Assembly (NCBI GenBank): GCA_050012235.1
Contig: JBEKHP010000015.1
Span: 3,007 to 67,006, forward strand
Length of the DNA stretch: 64,000 nt
Reading direction: 5' to 3'
DNA from: Candidatus Acidiferrales bacterium
GTDB taxonomy: Bacteria > Acidobacteriota > Terriglobia > Acidiferrales > UBA7541
A program made the position numbers and the translations under genes. Positions 30,860 through 39,201 of the stretch are shown here, piece by piece. How positions within the stretch are numbered: the first letter of the stretch is position 1; the number at the start of each line of letters is the position of its first letter. Under the pieces are notes generated by a model. That model searched no databases, was not told where the DNA came from, and saw nothing but the letters and a program-made list of their open reading frames with translations.

Positions 30860-31606
30860 TTAATGCCCCGCTACGAAATGCGCGCGCCGATTCTGTTGCC
30901 AGCACGCTTCATCGTGCTCGGTGCAGAACGGCCGCTCTTTGCCCCAACTCACGGTATCCATGCGGTCGGTTGGGATGCCAAGTGAAATAAGATAATTCTT
31001 GGCAGCCTGGGCTCTGCGTTCGCCGAGGCCAATGTTGTATTCCGTGGAGCCGCGCTCGTCGCAGTGACCTTCGATGGTGACGCGGATCTGCGGATACGAG
31101 CGCAGAAACTCCGCAGTCTTTGCCAGATTATCGCGAGCGTCGCCACGAATATCGGATTTGTTGAAATCAAAGTAAGCGTCTTTCACGTTCTGTTCGAACA
31201 GCTCGGTCAAGTTCTGATTTCCGCTCGGCGGAGTTTCAACCGGCGCGGCGCCGACGGTGATGCGTGCGTTTGCTGTTGCGGTGCCGCCCGGTCCGGTGGC
31301 GGTGATGGTGTAGGTCGTCGATTGCGTCGGATTCACCGGCGTGGTGCCTTGCGCTACGACTTTTCCCACACCCGGCTCGATATCGAGATCGGTGGCATCC
31401 GTGGACGTCCAACTCAGCGTGACGGTATCGCCGCTTTTCACCGAGGTGGGCGAAGCGTTCAGGGTGACGGTGGGCTGCGCGGCCGGTTGCGGCGCAGCTT
31501 GCGTCGGCGGCTGACTGGCTACTTGTTTCTTACAGCCGCCCGCTAGAGATACGAGAGCAACCACTCCGAGCAACAATCCAAGCTTCCTAAGACAGCGATC
31601 GTGCAT
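30860..31606 (-). CDS. pal: Peptidoglycan-associated lipoprotein Pal (OmpA-like C-terminus) with an inserted Ig-like domain
   Basis: Lipobox LAGGC. The OmpA_C motifs are FDFNKSDIR...IEGHCDERGSTEYNIGLGERRAQAAKNYL. A roughly 90 aa beta-rich TVTLNASPTSVKSGDTVTLSWTS...YTITATGPGG segment lies between them. Confidence 0.92.
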   Translation of the reverse strand: MHDRCLRKLGLLLGVVALVSLAGGCKKQVASQPPTQAAPQPAAQPTVTLNASPTSVKSGDTVTLSWTSTDATDLDIEPGVGKVVAQGTTPVNPTQSTTYTITATGPGGTATANARITVGAAPVETPPSGNQNLTELFEQNVKDAYFDFNKSDIRGDARDNLAKTAEFLRSYPQIRVTIEGHCDERGSTEYNIGLGERRAQAAKNYLISLGIPTDRMDTVSWGKERPFCTEHDEACWQQNRRAHFVAGH

Positions 31607-31750
31607 TTATTGCCTCCTTCGGCGTCCCCGCCAGGGCTAGGCAGGTGAGGTCGTTTTATTATTTGTGCAACTCAAGTGCGTTTAGGTTTCTTCGATCGAA
31701 AGCAATCGCTTAAAAGACGACAGCGGATGAAGCTGCATTATGGCCGCGAA

Positions 31751-33085
31751 TCAGCGCGGCGACCAGTTCGGCGATTCGTTCTGTCCTTGATACGTCAACT
31801 GCCGGGGTTCGCTGCCATCAGCCAGCATGGACCAAATCTGGCGCTGACCGTTTCGAGTGGACTCGAATACGATGTGCCTTCCGTCAGGCGCCCAACTCGG
31901 CCGTTCGTTGCGGCCCGCGTCCCGTGTGAGCTCCACCAGCTGCTTGCTGATCACATCCATAACATAGATGTCGAAATTGCCGCTCGGGCGTCGCCAGCAG
32001 AACGCTAAAAGTTGTCCATTCGGTGACCACGAGGGATCCACGCTGTAGCCCATGTCCGGCAGATCGAGCTTCTGAACGCTGGAGCCGTCCGAATTGGCGA
32101 GGTATAACACCGGGTCGCCACCGCGGTCGCTGACGAAAGCGATCTGCTTGCCTGTTTTCGGATTCCACGCGGGCGAGGTGTTGACGCCTGCAGCGAAGGT
32201 GATGCGGTGGAGATTCCCTCCGCCGGCATCGGTCACGTAGATTTCCGGATCACCGTTCTGGCTGGACATGAAGGCAATCTGCGAACCGTCGGGTGAATAA
32301 GCGGGAGAGCTATTCGAGCCGCGATAGCGCGGGAAGGAAATCAAACGGTCCGAAGCAGTGGAGTAAATGCAAATCTGCGGAGAGGTGACGCCTCGAAAAG
32401 GCACGTAGCACGTGAACGCGATTTTCGTAGCGTCCGGCGACCAGCGCGGAGTGAGTGAAATGGACTTTAGGTGAGTGACCTGATGCTGGTTCGAACCGTC
32501 GTAATCCATGGCCCAGATTTCTTTGTTTCCGCTTTTGCCGCTGACGAAGGCAATTTGCGTTTGCGCGATGCCGGGCAGACCGCCGCTCAACTTTGCCACG
32601 ATGTCGTCCGCAAACTGATGGGCCAGGCGGCGCGCGTCGGCGTCGGTGGCGGCTCCGCGGTAGATTTTCTGCAGCGCGATGGGCGCGGTGGGATTGTGGA
32701 CGTCGGACAGAAAGCCCGCAACGGCCAGGTTTGTTCCTTCAGCCGATAGGTTGCCGTAAGCGACCATGTAGGCGCTGGCTGGCGCGTTCGACCAATCCGC
32801 AAATTTCAATTCGCTCGGCTGGCTTGGCGTTTGAGTCGGATAGAAACTCGGGCTGACGAGATCGAGGATGCCGCAGTATTCCAGATCGGCCCAGAGAACA
32901 TCGTGAAAGGTTTTTTCCAGAGCCGGCGGCGCGGGGGCGCGCAGTCCGAATTCGGGAACTGCAAGGCGTGCTTTGGAGACTCCCAGGCCAGTGCCGGTTT
33001 TGAACCAATCCTGGGCGGACGCGGATCCGGCGCAGAACAGCATAGCGATTGCGAGTGCTACGGAGATTGCAATTTTTCTGGTCAT
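31751..33085 (-). CDS. tolB: Tol-Pal system beta-propeller protein TolB
   Basis: Signal peptide, TolB N-domain, and repeated propeller blades (PRWSPDATKIAF, PAYSPDGSQIAF, PAWNPKTGKQIAF, PSWSPNGQLLAF, PSWAPDGRHIVF). Confidence 0.95.
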   Translation of the reverse strand: MTRKIAISVALAIAMLFCAGSASAQDWFKTGTGLGVSKARLAVPEFGLRAPAPPALEKTFHDVLWADLEYCGILDLVSPSFYPTQTPSQPSELKFADWSNAPASAYMVAYGNLSAEGTNLAVAGFLSDVHNPTAPIALQKIYRGAATDADARRLAHQFADDIVAKLSGGLPGIAQTQIAFVSGKSGNKEIWAMDYDGSNQHQVTHLKSISLTPRWSPDATKIAFTCYVPFRGVTSPQICIYSTASDRLISFPRYRGSNSSPAYSPDGSQIAFMSSQNGDPEIYVTDAGGGNLHRITFAAGVNTSPAWNPKTGKQIAFVSDRGGDPVLYLANSDGSSVQKLDLPDMGYSVDPSWSPNGQLLAFCWRRPSGNFDIYVMDVISKQLVELTRDAGRNERPSWAPDGRHIVFESTRNGQRQIWSMLADGSEPRQLTYQGQNESPNWSPR

Positions 33086-33151
33086 TTTGTTTTTCTTGTT
33101 CTTCTCGAAACTGCGGATCTTAGATGATTGCGTTCTGCTGCCACTCCCAAA

Positions 33152-33958
33152 TCATCGCTTAAAATCAAACCAAAATTCCACGCTGACTTTTGAACCTGAA
33201 TATTCCGGCGGCAAACGGTCCAGGGGGCTGGCGTCTCGAATCGCGCGAACCGCGGACATATCCACCGAGCTGTTGCCGCTCGACTTGGTGACTTGCACAT
33301 TCGTCACCGTGCCGTCGCGTAAAATATCAAACGTAGCGACGGCTCGCGGAGCGTATTGAATCCCGGGGTCCACGGTGGACTGCAGCCAGGTTCCGCTAAT
33401 CCGCCGCTGCACGGCTTCCACGTACCATGAAAATCGCGACCCGAAATTTCCGCCACCTGCACCGGCGCTAAAGGCGATTCCGCCTTGCGTGGCCGTGCCG
33501 GCACCCATTGCAAAGGAAGTGTAAGGGACGGTCGGTGTGCCGCCTCCGCCGTATGGAACGGCGTTGGGCGGCGGAGGGGCTGGATTTTCCAGCACCTTCG
33601 ACGGACGCGTGACGTACTTCGGAGGTTTGTTGCGCTCGAATTTCGGAATCGGGGTTGCATCGGGCGGCGGCACAGCCTTCGGAACAGGTTCGGACTTGTA
33701 GAGTCCTTTGGATTCGTCCACCACGCGATTCGTGGTTTCAACTTCCGGACGCGGCATCGGGATTCCCGGGACGCTTCCGACCACGCCTACGGAAATTGCG
33801 CCGCCCGGGCCGCCCCACGATTCCTCTTGATGCGAGTACATTGCGGAAATCACGAGCAACGCGCCGAGCACGGCATGAAATACCAGCGACCCCGCAAAGA
33901 ATTTTCCAAGCGGGCGCGACCAATTGTCGAGAGCCGGGTTTTGTGCGATGGCTGCCAT
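33152..33958 (-). CDS. TolA/TonB-family energy transducer (TolA position in the operon)
   Basis: N-terminal anchor, a Pro-rich spacer (KAVPPPDATPIPKFERNKPPK..PAPPPPNAVP), and a TonB_C-like end YVEAVQRRISGTW...VDMSAVRAIRDASPLDRLP. Confidence 0.85.
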   Translation of the reverse strand: MAAIAQNPALDNWSRPLGKFFAGSLVFHAVLGALLVISAMYSHQEESWGGPGGAISVGVVGSVPGIPMPRPEVETTNRVVDESKGLYKSEPVPKAVPPPDATPIPKFERNKPPKYVTRPSKVLENPAPPPPNAVPYGGGGTPTVPYTSFAMGAGTATQGGIAFSAGAGGGNFGSRFSWYVEAVQRRISGTWLQSTVDPGIQYAPRAVATFDILRDGTVTNVQVTKSSGNSSVDMSAVRAIRDASPLDRLPPEYSGSKVSVEFWFDFKR

Positions 33959-33959
33959 T

Positions 33960-34382
33960 TCACCGAATCTGCGAACGCTCGCTGAGCGGCTGGGTTACCA
34001 CACTTATATTCTGGATACCTGCCTGGCGCAAAGAGTCCACCACCGTAGCCCAACTGCCGAAGGGAACGGTTTCATCGCAGCGCACGTAAACCGCTTGATG
34101 CTTCAGGTCGTGCGATTGCGACACGACTTGCTGGCCGAGATCGTGGATGTTAATCGCCTTATCATTCAAATAGACACGTTGCGCGCGGTCGATAGTGACC
34201 ACCATGCGCACTTCGGTCAGTTCTTTCACCGTTTTTGTTTTCGGGACGTCCACTTCGATGCCCGACTGCAGAATCGGCGCGGTGATCATGAAAATAATCA
34301 GCAGCACCAATACGACGTCGATAAACGGCACCATATTGATTTCTGAAAGTGTCGTTCCGGTCTCGCGCTGAATCTGAGGCAT
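33960..34382 (-). CDS. tolR: Biopolymer transport protein TolR (ExbD family)
   Basis: EINMVPFIDVVLVLLIIFMITAP is the conserved ExbD/TolR TM segment. 140 aa. Confidence 0.92.
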   Translation of the reverse strand: MPQIQRETGTTLSEINMVPFIDVVLVLLIIFMITAPILQSGIEVDVPKTKTVKELTEVRMVVTIDRAQRVYLNDKAINIHDLGQQVVSQSHDLKHQAVYVRCDETVPFGSWATVVDSLRQAGIQNISVVTQPLSERSQIR

Positions 34383-34391
34383 GGCGGTTTT

Positions 34392-35117
34392 TTACGCGCT
34401 GTACAGAGTTTCGATTTTCGCGACGAATTCTGCTGCAAAGCCATCCATGCGGTTGGCCAGGGAACGAATGCCCCCGACGTAGTAGTTGTACGCGATGACC
34501 GCGGGAATAGCGGCGAAAAGTCCCGCGGCAGTTGTGATTAAGGCTTCGGCGATTCCGGGCGCGACCGCTCGAAGACTGGCGGAGCCGGCATCACCCAATC
34601 CCGAGAATGCGTCCATAACGCCCCACACGGTGCCGAATAATCCAATGAACGGGGAAACGGAGCCGGTGGTTGCGAGCCAGGGCATCCATTTTTCGAGACG
34701 CCGGACTTCCTCGCCCGCGGCCACTTGCATTTCGACTCCCACGGCGTGCGCGTTTCGCACTTTGGTGGGAGTGGCGGTAGCTCCGGGACGATTGCCGCCG
34801 CCGAGCTGCGCTTCGAGTTCGCGGTAGCCGGCTTGATACACAACTACCAGCGGAGTGCCGCCTGCGCCGACGCGAAGAGTGTTGGGATCGGGAAGTCCTC
34901 GTCCAGCCCGAAACATTTGCAGGAATTTTTTGGTTTGCGGCTCGATTTGACCGAATAGCCGCGATTTTTGAAAGATGATTGCCCAGGAGAACAGAGACAG
35001 GACAAGTAGGATGCCCAGGACTACGCGTGCGACCCAGCCCGTTTGTTCAAGCAGAGCGAACGGGCTGGCTAAAATGATCAGCGCCAGACCAGAAATAACA
35101 TCCCCCAGGAAAAAAAT
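34392..35117 (-). CDS. tolQ: MotA/TolQ/ExbB proton-channel protein TolQ; the start is probably non-canonical (ATT at 35117)
   Basis: The C-terminal part contains ...WLATTGSVSPFIGLFGTVWGVMDAF...AVAPGIAEALITTAAGLFAAIPAVIAYNY. The same frame stays open upstream of the first ATG (34916) and encodes TM1, IFFLGDVISGLALIILASPFALLEQTGWVARVVLGILLVLSLFSWAIIFQKSRLF. Between the TAA (35118-35120) and 34916 there is no in-frame ATG, GTG or TTG. Confidence 0.8.
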   Translation of the reverse strand: MFFLGDVISGLALIILASPFALLEQTGWVARVVLGILLVLSLFSWAIIFQKSRLFGQIEPQTKKFLQMFRAGRGLPDPNTLRVGAGGTPLVVVYQAGYRELEAQLGGGNRPGATATPTKVRNAHAVGVEMQVAAGEEVRRLEKWMPWLATTGSVSPFIGLFGTVWGVMDAFSGLGDAGSASLRAVAPGIAEALITTAAGLFAAIPAVIAYNYYVGGIRSLANRMDGFAAEFVAKIETLYSA

Positions 35118-35137
35118 TTATAAAACCTTCCCCTGCA

Positions 35138-35166
35138 ACCGTAGCACACGCATACAGGAGGGTCAA
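35138..35166 (-). promoter_or_regulatory. Candidate promoter for tolQ
   Basis: The minus strand reads TTGACC (35166-35161), 17 nt, TACGGT (35143-35138). GGGGAAGG (35133-35126) then lies 8 nt before ATT 35117. Confidence 0.35.
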
Positions 35167-35223
35167 ACGATTCGCCGGAACCCAGAATCTCGATGATGCC
35201 GAAAAGGACACAACAGAAATAGC

Positions 35224-36819
35224 CTAATGCAGCGAAACAGTGCTGCCCGGGCGCGGATTGTTTTTCACCAGAGCGAATGAAAAGAAGAACATGGAGGCGC
35301 AGCAGATCGAAAGGATCCAATAGGTGTCAATGTAAGAAAGTGTGGCGGCCTGCGATTGGAGTCCGGCATAGATTCTGGCCAAGGCCTGGCGTTGCGCTTC
35401 CGTGAAGCTGAGACCCGCGTGGTTAAGTTGTTGCGTCAGGCCATTGACCGCGGCCTGGAATTGCGGATTTCCGGGCGTGATGTGGTCGGCCAGAGCCACC
35501 TGGTGGAATTGCGAACGGCGGGCGATGATAGTCGTAACTACCGAGGTCCCCACGCTGGAGCCGATGTTGCGCGTGAAATTTACCAGACCCGCGACGGCAT
35601 TGCTTTTTTCCCGCTCTATCCCGTTGTATGCCGCAGTCGTAGTAGGTACGAACACAAAGCCCAACGGCACATACTGGACGATACGCAGCCAGGTGGCATG
35701 TCCAAAACTCATTTCCTGATTGAATTGCAGGACGGAAACGTACATTCCGATTGCCAGGCCGAACCAACCGAAGGCGATCAAGTAGCGCAATTGGAATATC
35801 GAAGTGAGCCGGCCAACAATGGGCAACTCGAAGAGCAAGAGTACTGCAGCCGCCGATAGCACCAAACCCGCATTTTCCGCCGTGTATCCCAAAATTGTTT
35901 GAAGAAATTGCGGCATCAGCACGGTAGTGGCGAAAGCCATAGCGCCCACCATGAACAACATCATGTTCGCCGTGGCGAAGTTCCGATTCTTGAAAAGACG
36001 CACGTCCACGATAGGATCTTTGTGAAACCACTCATAGAAAACGAGAGCAGTGAGGCACACCGCCGAGGTGACTGCAAGAGTGACGATGAAATGCGAACCG
36101 AACCAGTCGTCCTCCTGTCCTTTGTCCAGCATGATTTGCAATGCGCCCACACCCAACGCGAGCAACGAAAATCCGATATAGTCGAGCTTGATGCCGCCTT
36201 TCGCCACGCGCTTCAGGTACGGCGGATCTTCCACCAGTTTGTAAACCAGGAACAAAGCGGCGATGCCCACCGGCAAATTGATGAAGAAAATCCAGCGCCA
36301 GGAGTAACTGTCCGTCATCCAGCCGCCCAAAGTGGGTCCAATCGCAGGGGCGCAGACGGCGGTGATGCCGTAGAGTGAAAAGGCCAGGCCGCGCTTCTCC
36401 GGCGGAAATGTGTCGGCGAGAATCGCTTGCACCATGGGCTGCAAGCCGCCTCCGCCTGCGCCCTGCAATATGCGAAAGAAAAGCAGAAGACCGAGGCTGG
36501 GCGCGATTCCGCAGAGCAGGGAACTGATGGTGAAGATCGTCAGGCAGGTCATGAAGAAACGCTTGCGGCCGAAGATGGTCACCAACCAGCCGCTGATAGG
36601 CAGGACGATCGCGTTGGCGACGAGATAGGAAGTGAGCACCCATGTGCTTTGGTCGTTGCTGGCGCCGAGATTTCCGGCGATGTGCGGCAGAGCAACGTTT
36701 GCAATTGAAGTGTCCAGCACCTCCATGAATGCAGCGAGCGACACGACGACAGCAATCAGCCAAGGATTGGCTTTTGGGCGCCAGGTTTCCTGAGGGAGAG
36801 CTACAGCGGCAGCGCTCAT
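35224..36819 (-). CDS. DHA2-family (EmrB/QacA-type, 14-TMS) MFS efflux transporter
   Basis: LAAFMEVLDTSIANVALPHIAGNLGAS, GWLVTIFGRKRFF and ILQGAGGGGLQP are DHA2 signatures. ATG 36819 (MSAAAV...) is preferred to ORF-track 36879. Confidence 0.9.
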   Translation of the reverse strand: MSAAAVALPQETWRPKANPWLIAVVVSLAAFMEVLDTSIANVALPHIAGNLGASNDQSTWVLTSYLVANAIVLPISGWLVTIFGRKRFFMTCLTIFTISSLLCGIAPSLGLLLFFRILQGAGGGGLQPMVQAILADTFPPEKRGLAFSLYGITAVCAPAIGPTLGGWMTDSYSWRWIFFINLPVGIAALFLVYKLVEDPPYLKRVAKGGIKLDYIGFSLLALGVGALQIMLDKGQEDDWFGSHFIVTLAVTSAVCLTALVFYEWFHKDPIVDVRLFKNRNFATANMMLFMVGAMAFATTVLMPQFLQTILGYTAENAGLVLSAAAVLLLFELPIVGRLTSIFQLRYLIAFGWFGLAIGMYVSVLQFNQEMSFGHATWLRIVQYVPLGFVFVPTTTAAYNGIEREKSNAVAGLVNFTRNIGSSVGTSVVTTIIARRSQFHQVALADHITPGNPQFQAAVNGLTQQLNHAGLSFTEAQRQALARIYAGLQSQAATLSYIDTYWILSICCASMFFFSFALVKNNPRPGSTVSLH

Positions 36820-36942
36820 CGAACCTTTCACCACGCGAAAAAAGAAGAACGATATTACCCCGAGGTCAAATGATTGCACACGGCAGAATTGTGGGATTGA
36901 ATTTCCTCCACTTCGAGAGTTCTCGGACCGCTGAGGTCCAGC

Positions 36943-38382
36943 CTAAGTCGATGGTTCTGTAGCAATGCTTTCAGGCTGATCGGAAACCTCGGTTGCAATC
37001 GATGGAGGCCAGAATCGGAAAAGCGCGAAACCAAGTAGTCCCCAACAAACAGTTACGATGATTCTTCTCGAGAAAGGGCTTTGGTGCCCATCGAGCGAAT
37101 TGACCATTGTCAAAACCCAAATATTACTTAACCCATGAGCTATAGCGGCCGGCCAAATCGATCCCGAACGCAAAGTCAGCCAGCCGAGGACGTAACTTAT
37201 CGCGACACAAGAGCTAATGCGGAAAAAGAACTGTACGAAAACCTGATGGTCCTCGGTCATTCTCAGGAAGTCTCCGAGAAAATGAAATGCACTCCACGCT
37301 ATCGCAAGCAGGAAAATACCTCGCAAGATCCCGAATCGATGAACGAAACGAGGCTGTAGATACCCCCGCCATATGATTTCTTCGAAAAAGGCGGCAGGGA
37401 GATACCAAAGGAACAAAGGGTTGGGAATGAGGAAGTACGCAGGGAAAAAAGGCGGGTCCACTTGGCCGAACAGAAAAGCCGCCCAATGAATTCGGTCCGA
37501 CACGTAAGCGACCACACTCGGCACCAATTCGATCACGGTAGGAAAAATCACACCGAGCACCGCAAACTTGGTCTCGGGAGAACGAGTGAACTGCCGCAAT
37601 TCAATCCATCGTCCTTCCCCCACTGCCCAAGCTGCAATCGCGACGAGGCACGCAGTCGAAAGTGCTGAGATCAAAGCGTCGCCGGGCGGCGACGAACGAT
37701 AAGTGCCAGACTCTGCAAGCAAAAAGTAAAAACCCTCGAGTGCCGTATTTGCAAGAGCCCCGATCGCAGATATGCATGTGATTGAAATCCATACGAAAAC
37801 GAGAATGCGCTTCCAGATTTTGTCGTCGCCGGGTAACACGTCTCCGGCAGGGGGCAGCGAAACAGGAAGTGTGGAAACTCCCGCGGCTAGCCTCGATACC
37901 AAAAAAATCACCAGTGCGAATCCAAGGACACTCATGTGGAGCGCGGGCCCTAGAGTCCACACGGTGCTAAAGGCCCAGGCTTCGTTGTGGGGGCCGCGCT
38001 GCATCACGCTCGCGTGCGGAAAGTTCGACTGCTGTGACACGTACAAGAAGCGGACGCAGAGCGCAGCAATACCGGCGAACGACGGAAATACGACGAACCC
38101 GAGAATCCGCCGAAATGGGTGAAGTCCTGGCCAGTAGCAAACAAACAAGCCAGCGGCTCCAGCCAAGACAATCGGTAGGCGCGCTACGATGGAGAAAAGA
38201 AGCCAGGATTGATACTCATCGACGAAAGCGTCGCCATAGGACCCCTTGAGGGCGTAGCTCGGAAGCAAAGGGTGGCAGCGCAATTGCATGCAAATCAACA
38301 GAAGTACTGATCCCACGAGGAAAAACAGCTGAGTCGGATCAAGTGGAATGACAGAGCGAACAAAGAGGGCTAGACGCCTCAT
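36943..38382 (-). CDS. CPBP-family (CAAX/Abi) intramembrane glutamic endopeptidase with a long polytopic N-terminal extension (479 aa)
   Basis: Motif 1 is FFEEIIWRGYLQPRF, motif 2 is AWSAFHF, and motif 3 is AAIAHGLSN, all in the C-terminal third. About 8 further predicted TM helices lie upstream. Confidence 0.8.
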   Translation of the reverse strand: MRRLALFVRSVIPLDPTQLFFLVGSVLLLICMQLRCHPLLPSYALKGSYGDAFVDEYQSWLLFSIVARLPIVLAGAAGLFVCYWPGLHPFRRILGFVVFPSFAGIAALCVRFLYVSQQSNFPHASVMQRGPHNEAWAFSTVWTLGPALHMSVLGFALVIFLVSRLAAGVSTLPVSLPPAGDVLPGDDKIWKRILVFVWISITCISAIGALANTALEGFYFLLAESGTYRSSPPGDALISALSTACLVAIAAWAVGEGRWIELRQFTRSPETKFAVLGVIFPTVIELVPSVVAYVSDRIHWAAFLFGQVDPPFFPAYFLIPNPLFLWYLPAAFFEEIIWRGYLQPRFVHRFGILRGIFLLAIAWSAFHFLGDFLRMTEDHQVFVQFFFRISSCVAISYVLGWLTLRSGSIWPAAIAHGLSNIWVLTMVNSLDGHQSPFSRRIIVTVCWGLLGFALFRFWPPSIATEVSDQPESIATEPST

Positions 38383-38574
38383 CCAAGCCTCACGAAGGCG
38401 TGGGGATTATGCCTTGGGTAATCCGTTTTTAGTAAGCAGTTTTGTCTCTCCCGACTCCTCCTCTGTGCAGCGTTGCATGGCGGATCAGCGCGCCGCTCAC
38501 CAGAGCAGCGAGTTGCGAATCGCCTGACTGACTTTAGCGAGGCGAAGAAAAGGCGAATATGATAGGATGCCTTT

Positions 38575-38796
38575 GTGGACGAAGGACGCAAACGGGTCTT
38601 GGCAATTTTGACCGCGATCTTGGCGGCGCCGCGGCTGGCGGATTGGAACTGGGATGGCCGGACCGGTGCGCCTGCGTGTGAAAGCGTTGTAATTACCGCT
38701 CTGGGCGCGGCCGAGCGGATCATGGAAATGATCGACCGCAGACACGGAAATAAGACTGCGGCTCCTAATGATGTGAAGAGAGTTGCAGCGCCTTAG
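38575..38796 (+). CDS. Small hypothetical protein (73 aa)
   Basis: GTG start. The frame has a G/C-ending codon bias like the housekeeping genes, and the composition is sensible (VDEGRKRVLAILTAILAAPRLADWNWDGRTGAPACESVVITALGAAERIMEMIDRRHG). Its stop overlaps the stop of the convergent 38793 gene. No recognisable family. Confidence 0.4.
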   Translation: MDEGRKRVLAILTAILAAPRLADWNWDGRTGAPACESVVITALGAAERIMEMIDRRHGNKTAAPNDVKRVAAP

Positions 38797-39101
38797 GACT
38801 GATTGGGCGTTTGGCGGACGTTCACGCGAGCGGCGATTTCTTTTGTGGGCGTATGAATGGCGTAGTGTTCGTTCTTTGATTGCGCGGCCAATTCTTCCAA
38901 CCTGCGACGAGCTTGTTCCAGGCCGTGCACGTAGTCCTTCCACAAATCCGTGCCGTCGGGAAGCCGTTCAAAAATGTCGTATTCACGATTCAATGGACCC
39001 ACCTCGCGCCGCAACTTGCCATCGCCGCGGACCTTAGCCAGGAATGCGGGCTGGTGTATATACCACAACAAATCGTTTTTGCACTGTTCGATGTTAGACA
39101 T
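38793..39101 (-). CDS. Hypothetical protein (about 102 aa from MSNIEQCKND...)
   Basis: Coding-like codon bias runs from ATG 39101 onward. The ORF-track start at 39386 would run through the miaB promoter and start. The sequence LWYIHQPAFLAKVRGDGKLRREVGPLNREYDIFERLPDGTDLWKDYVHGLEQARRRLEEL has no family I recognise. Confidence 0.55.
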   Translation of the reverse strand: MSNIEQCKNDLLWYIHQPAFLAKVRGDGKLRREVGPLNREYDIFERLPDGTDLWKDYVHGLEQARRRLEELAAQSKNEHYAIHTPTKEIAARVNVRQTPNQS

Positions 39102-39181
39102 TAGTCTGCGTGATGAGGGACGTTCAAACCCGATGTTGGGTTTCGCTGGATTCAGCAGATAAGAGGCACTGCGTTCATCCG

Positions 39182-39190
39182 TGTTAGAAT
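39182..39190 (+). promoter_or_regulatory. Extended -10 element TGTTAGAAT 11 nt upstream of the miaB ATG 39202
   Basis: TGnTAGAAT at 39182-39190. This implies a very short or absent 5-prime UTR. Confidence 0.35.
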
Positions 39191-39201
39191 TGAATTCGTT
39201 C

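Noticed and set aside
35078-35320. 80 aa minus-strand ORF bridging the MFS gene end and the tolQ start
   Set aside because: It overlaps the 3-prime end of the MFS gene in another frame and ends inside the tolQ N-terminal coding region. Its composition (Cys/Phe/Gly-rich) is unconvincing. The tolQ frame explains the region better.
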